Source: Amoebidium appalachense
Lineage: Eukaryota; Protista; Ichthyosporea
DNA: 64,000 bases
Assembly: GCA_963693365.1 (NCBI GenBank)
Contig: CAVNZM010000005.1
Span: forward strand, 3,409,716-3,473,715
Direction of reading: 5' to 3'
Program-made: the position numbers and the translations under genes
Notes under the pieces: generated by a model
What the model was told of the DNA's origin: nothing
The model's input: the letters and a program-made list of their open reading frames with translations, nothing else
The model's database searches: none
In this document: positions 60,508-64,000 of the stretch, one piece after another
Numbering within the stretch: the first letter of the stretch is position 1
Layout: the number at the start of each line of letters is the position of its first letter

Positions 60508-62076
60508 TTACGATTCCGACTTGTGGATGTCAATTTCAAACCCCGCCTTGAGTCCCTGCCGTCCATGGTCAAACCCTGCATTTCTTTCCCACTCCACCAT
60601 ATCTTTGGGCCGGCAATTAACGATTAAGGCCCGCCTCTGTGTGTCCGTTGTGTTTCCACGCGTGTAGTGAAGTGTTCTGCCCCCGTGTACGGTGCAGCTA
60701 CCGGGCTCTAGGGGGACCGGTTTCCCGTCTGACTCTGAGATTCCGTCTGTCATCAAAACGTGGCTTCCAGGGGTGGCGGGTCGGTGTGGGCGGAGAGGAA
60801 GGCGGTGGGAGCCGGGGACAAACCACATGCAGCCTGTGTGTGTACGTGTGTGTGTGTGTGTGAGCGCGTATGTTGGTGGTGGTGTTGGTGGTGGTGGTCG
60901 GCTGGGATGGGGGTGGGGGGGGTAGGTAGGTAAAGGGAGGGGGGGGGGGGGGGGGGGAGAAGGGAGGTCTTTGTGCGTGGCTGAGAATGCACATAGGAGG
61001 GAAGCCAAGACCCCGGAGAGGGGGGTGGGGGTGGGGATGGGGGTGGGGGGGAGGGGGGGGAGTGTGAGAGAAAGAAAGGGATGTGGTTAGAATACGACAT
61101 ACCATATGCCGTCCTGGAAAATGCACATGGATCACGGCCTGCAGGTTCACTTTGAAACACACGACAAAGAAACGGTAATGCACAGTTACGGTTGGGACAG
61201 GGGAGGCAACGTAAGAAGAGGGGAAGGGAGCAAAGGGTGTATGGGTGGGATAAGGAAAGGGGGGGGGGGGGGGGGGGGGGGGGAGGGGGGCTTATGTGCA
61301 AACTGGCACTTGTCCTGTGAGATGATGGAAGAATCAAGGATGGATATGGTCTTATGTGGTCGTGGGGGGGGAGAGGGCCTGGGGGGGGGGGGGGGGGGGT
61401 GGGGAGGAGGTTAAGTGTGTGTATGTGTATGTGTGTGTGTGTGTGTGTGTGTTTTTCTTTTTCTTTTTTTTTTTTTGGGGGGGGGGGGGGGCATTAAGGT
61501 AAAGAGCGAAGTACAGACACACAAACCAAGGACAAGGCTAGGCAAATGACTGAGATATGGCATGAAAAGATGTACTACTGCCGTGAAAGCGAGAGTGAGC
61601 CCAGGCAGGTGAGCGGCATGTGCGCCTGAGCATGTGTGCGTGTGCATAGAAAAAAGGTGTATGTGCGCGCACGTGAGCGAATGTATACGTCAATGTTTTG
61701 TGTTTTATTTGTTTTGGTCCCCGGTGGGGGTGGGGTGGGGGTGGTTAGGAGGCGCGCAGGGGGTGGGGGGAAGGGGGGGGGAGGGCTGGTGGTAGAAAGC
61801 AGAGTGAAAACGATGAACCCAATCCCGTGCATAGAGGCTCCCCAGTGATTCAGAAGGTATCATTATTAGGCCTCGTTTGCTTTTTCTTTATTCCTTTTTT
61901 GTGGGTAATGGGGGAAGGTGTGTGTGTTTTTGTGAGAGCGTGAAATGAGCGAGTGTGAGCAAGTGCGTGAGTGAGTGAGTGAGTGTGCATGTGCTAGAGT
62001 GAGTAAGTGAGCGCGTGGGTGTGTGTGTGCTCTGGTGTGTCCGTGTGTTGTGTGGTGCGTGTTTTTTTTTTTTTTT

Positions 62077-62107
<31 letters not shown>

Positions 62108-62890
62108 GAGGGGGTACCATTATCGGGCACGGCAGGGTCCAGGGCTACCCAAAAGGAGGCAGCCCGCTTATCGGGCATGTCTGGCCAATAGCCTGTAGCA
62201 ATTAAATTTTAATCAGCCAATGGCAGACATGCACACGCTCAAAGTGAACATGTTGGGTACTTTGGTCAATAGAAGCCGCATACCACCCGCCTGCCCACCC
62301 ACCCGCCCACCCACGCAAATGTGCCCCTCCCACCCTCCCCCGCCCCTGCAGACACGACACAAGCATGAACAGGTACATACATGCACCCACGGATTACGTG
62401 GGCACAAGCAGGCACATGCACGCACACACGTAAAAAAACTGCCCGGGTCCAACGTGGCACATGCACATGTGCGGTGAGGTCGAGGAGGAGCAAACAGAAT
62501 CTGAAGGGAAACAGTCAAAGAGCAGGTCTACACTACGTGTGGCTGTGTGGGTATTCGGTTTGTGACTGTGTGGTCAAAAATCACTCAAGTACGCCAGTCT
62601 AGGTGGATGCAGCTTGTATGTGCACCGGAGTTGAACATTTGCCCCCCCCCCCCCCCCTCCCCCCCTCCCCCCTCCCCCCCCCTCTCCCCCCCCCCCCCCC
62701 CCCCCCCAAACACACACACACACCAGCCAGGGATGGGGAGGGAGGGAGGGAGAGAGGGAGGTAGAGACGGAGGGAGGACGGGGGGGAGGGGGGGGGGGAG
62801 GCTGTGCAAGAACAATATACCTGTAGATGTTAAGGGAAGTAGGAGGTGGGGGGGAGGGTATTGGGCAAGGCCTTTCGAGATTGTGTGTGT

Positions 62891-62921
<31 letters not shown>

Positions 62922-63462
62922 GGGGGGGGAGGGAGGGGGGGGGGGGGGGTTGGGAAGATGCCAAAAGGGAAGAGAGATAAATACAGTGGCCGGGTGTCGG
63001 CAGGGAAAAGGAGTCGGAGCAGGTTAGGGATGCAATGGTGTGGTGCTGGGTGAGACAGATGACCTGACACAAGTGCTCGTGTACTTGAAGAATATTGTGG
63101 CTGCATGGTGGGTTCAGTTGAGGACTGATGATAAAAGAGGGGAGGAAAGGTAAGAAACGAGAGATGAATGGCTTCTAAAAGGATTGAGCAGAGGAAGTTT
63201 CGGAAAGAAATGTAGTGGGCAGAGTTTGGGGGGGGGAGGGGGGGGGGGAGGGGAGGGGGATGTCAGAGGGAGAGGGAGGGAGAGGGATAGCGGGAGGGAA
63301 GAGGAGAGAAGGAGACACCCGGGGGGCCAGGGGGGGGAGAGGGAAAGGAGGGGGGGGGGGGGAGAGGGGGGGGGGGGGGGGGGGGAGGAGGGGGGGAGAG
63401 AAAGAGAGAAAGGGGGAGACAGAACGATAGGTGTGTGTGTGTGCGTGTGTGTGCGTGCGTGC

Positions 63463-63501
<39 letters not shown>

Positions 63502-64000
63502 TGTGTGTGTGTCAAAAGCAGTATTATACATCTGCACGTGTGCATCACCTCAACGCCTCTGTGTGGTGATGTAGGTATATAGATTCGACAGAAGCAGAAT
63601 GAGATAAAAAGGCATTCCAATGGCTTGGGGTGAACTGGAATCGTGAAAGGGGGGGAGGCGGGGGAGGGGGAGGGGGAGAAGAGATATACATGTAGAATTG
63701 CAGATACAGACACACAGACACAGACACACACAAACACACACAGGCATACATCACACGCACACACACATTCATTCGCGAGCGCACACACATACACACCCCC
63801 GCCCCTCCCCACCTCCCCCACCTCCCCTCTCTCTCTCACACACACACACACACACCCCTCCCCCTCCCGTCCCCCCAACCCCACCCACCCACCCCCAACA
63901 CACGCACACACCCTCATCTGAGTGCCACGGTGTGCATGTGTCAGTGTGCGGTGCCTTGTATATGATCATGTCGAAGTCAAAGGCCACATCATCACCCAGC
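60508..64000 (-). CDS. Phytanoyl-CoA dioxygenase (PhyH) family Fe(II)/2OG enzyme, 3' exons: 64000-63912, 62192-62118, 60833-60508
   Basis: Spliced product DMIIYKAP..TPWHSDEGYWPDMPDKRAASFWVALD..DNGCMWFVPGSH..GSCTVHGGRTLHYTRGN..RRA has the HxD...H triad. The 5' exons lie outside the window. Confidence 0.92.

Overview
Eukaryotic genomic DNA in two very different parts. (1) About 1-19,050 is a gene-dense, apparently intronless, virus-like endogenous element that probably continues left of the window. It carries a frameshifted Bro-N/KilA-like NCLDV-type gene, a Fic protein and a patatin phospholipase joined by an ATGA stop/start overlap, a PD-(D/E)xK nuclease fused to a D5-type winged helix, two C2H2 zinc-finger genes, a D5-like SF3 helicase with no primase domain, a stand-alone paralogue of that helicase's N-terminal domain, and several orphan or coiled-coil ORFs. 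Its non-coding DNA is highly structured: iteron-plus-hairpin clusters, a 5.9-kb segment bracketed by inverted 92/93-bp repeats, a 1.4-kb TTAGGG-containing minisatellite, and a perfect 34-bp inverted repeat at the apparent right end. I see no capsid, DNA polymerase or integrase gene in the window. (2) About 19,300-64,000 is host DNA rich in (CA)n and poly-G/C tracts. It contains spliced genes (SERTA/IER-like, an 8-exon CDIN1/TPD-family nuclease, the 3' part of a PhyH dioxygenase), an intronless secreted choloylglycine hydrolase, a Ty1/copia remnant and MITE-like repeats. The host species cannot be determined from the sequence. All family assignments come from motif recognition by eye; no database searches were run.
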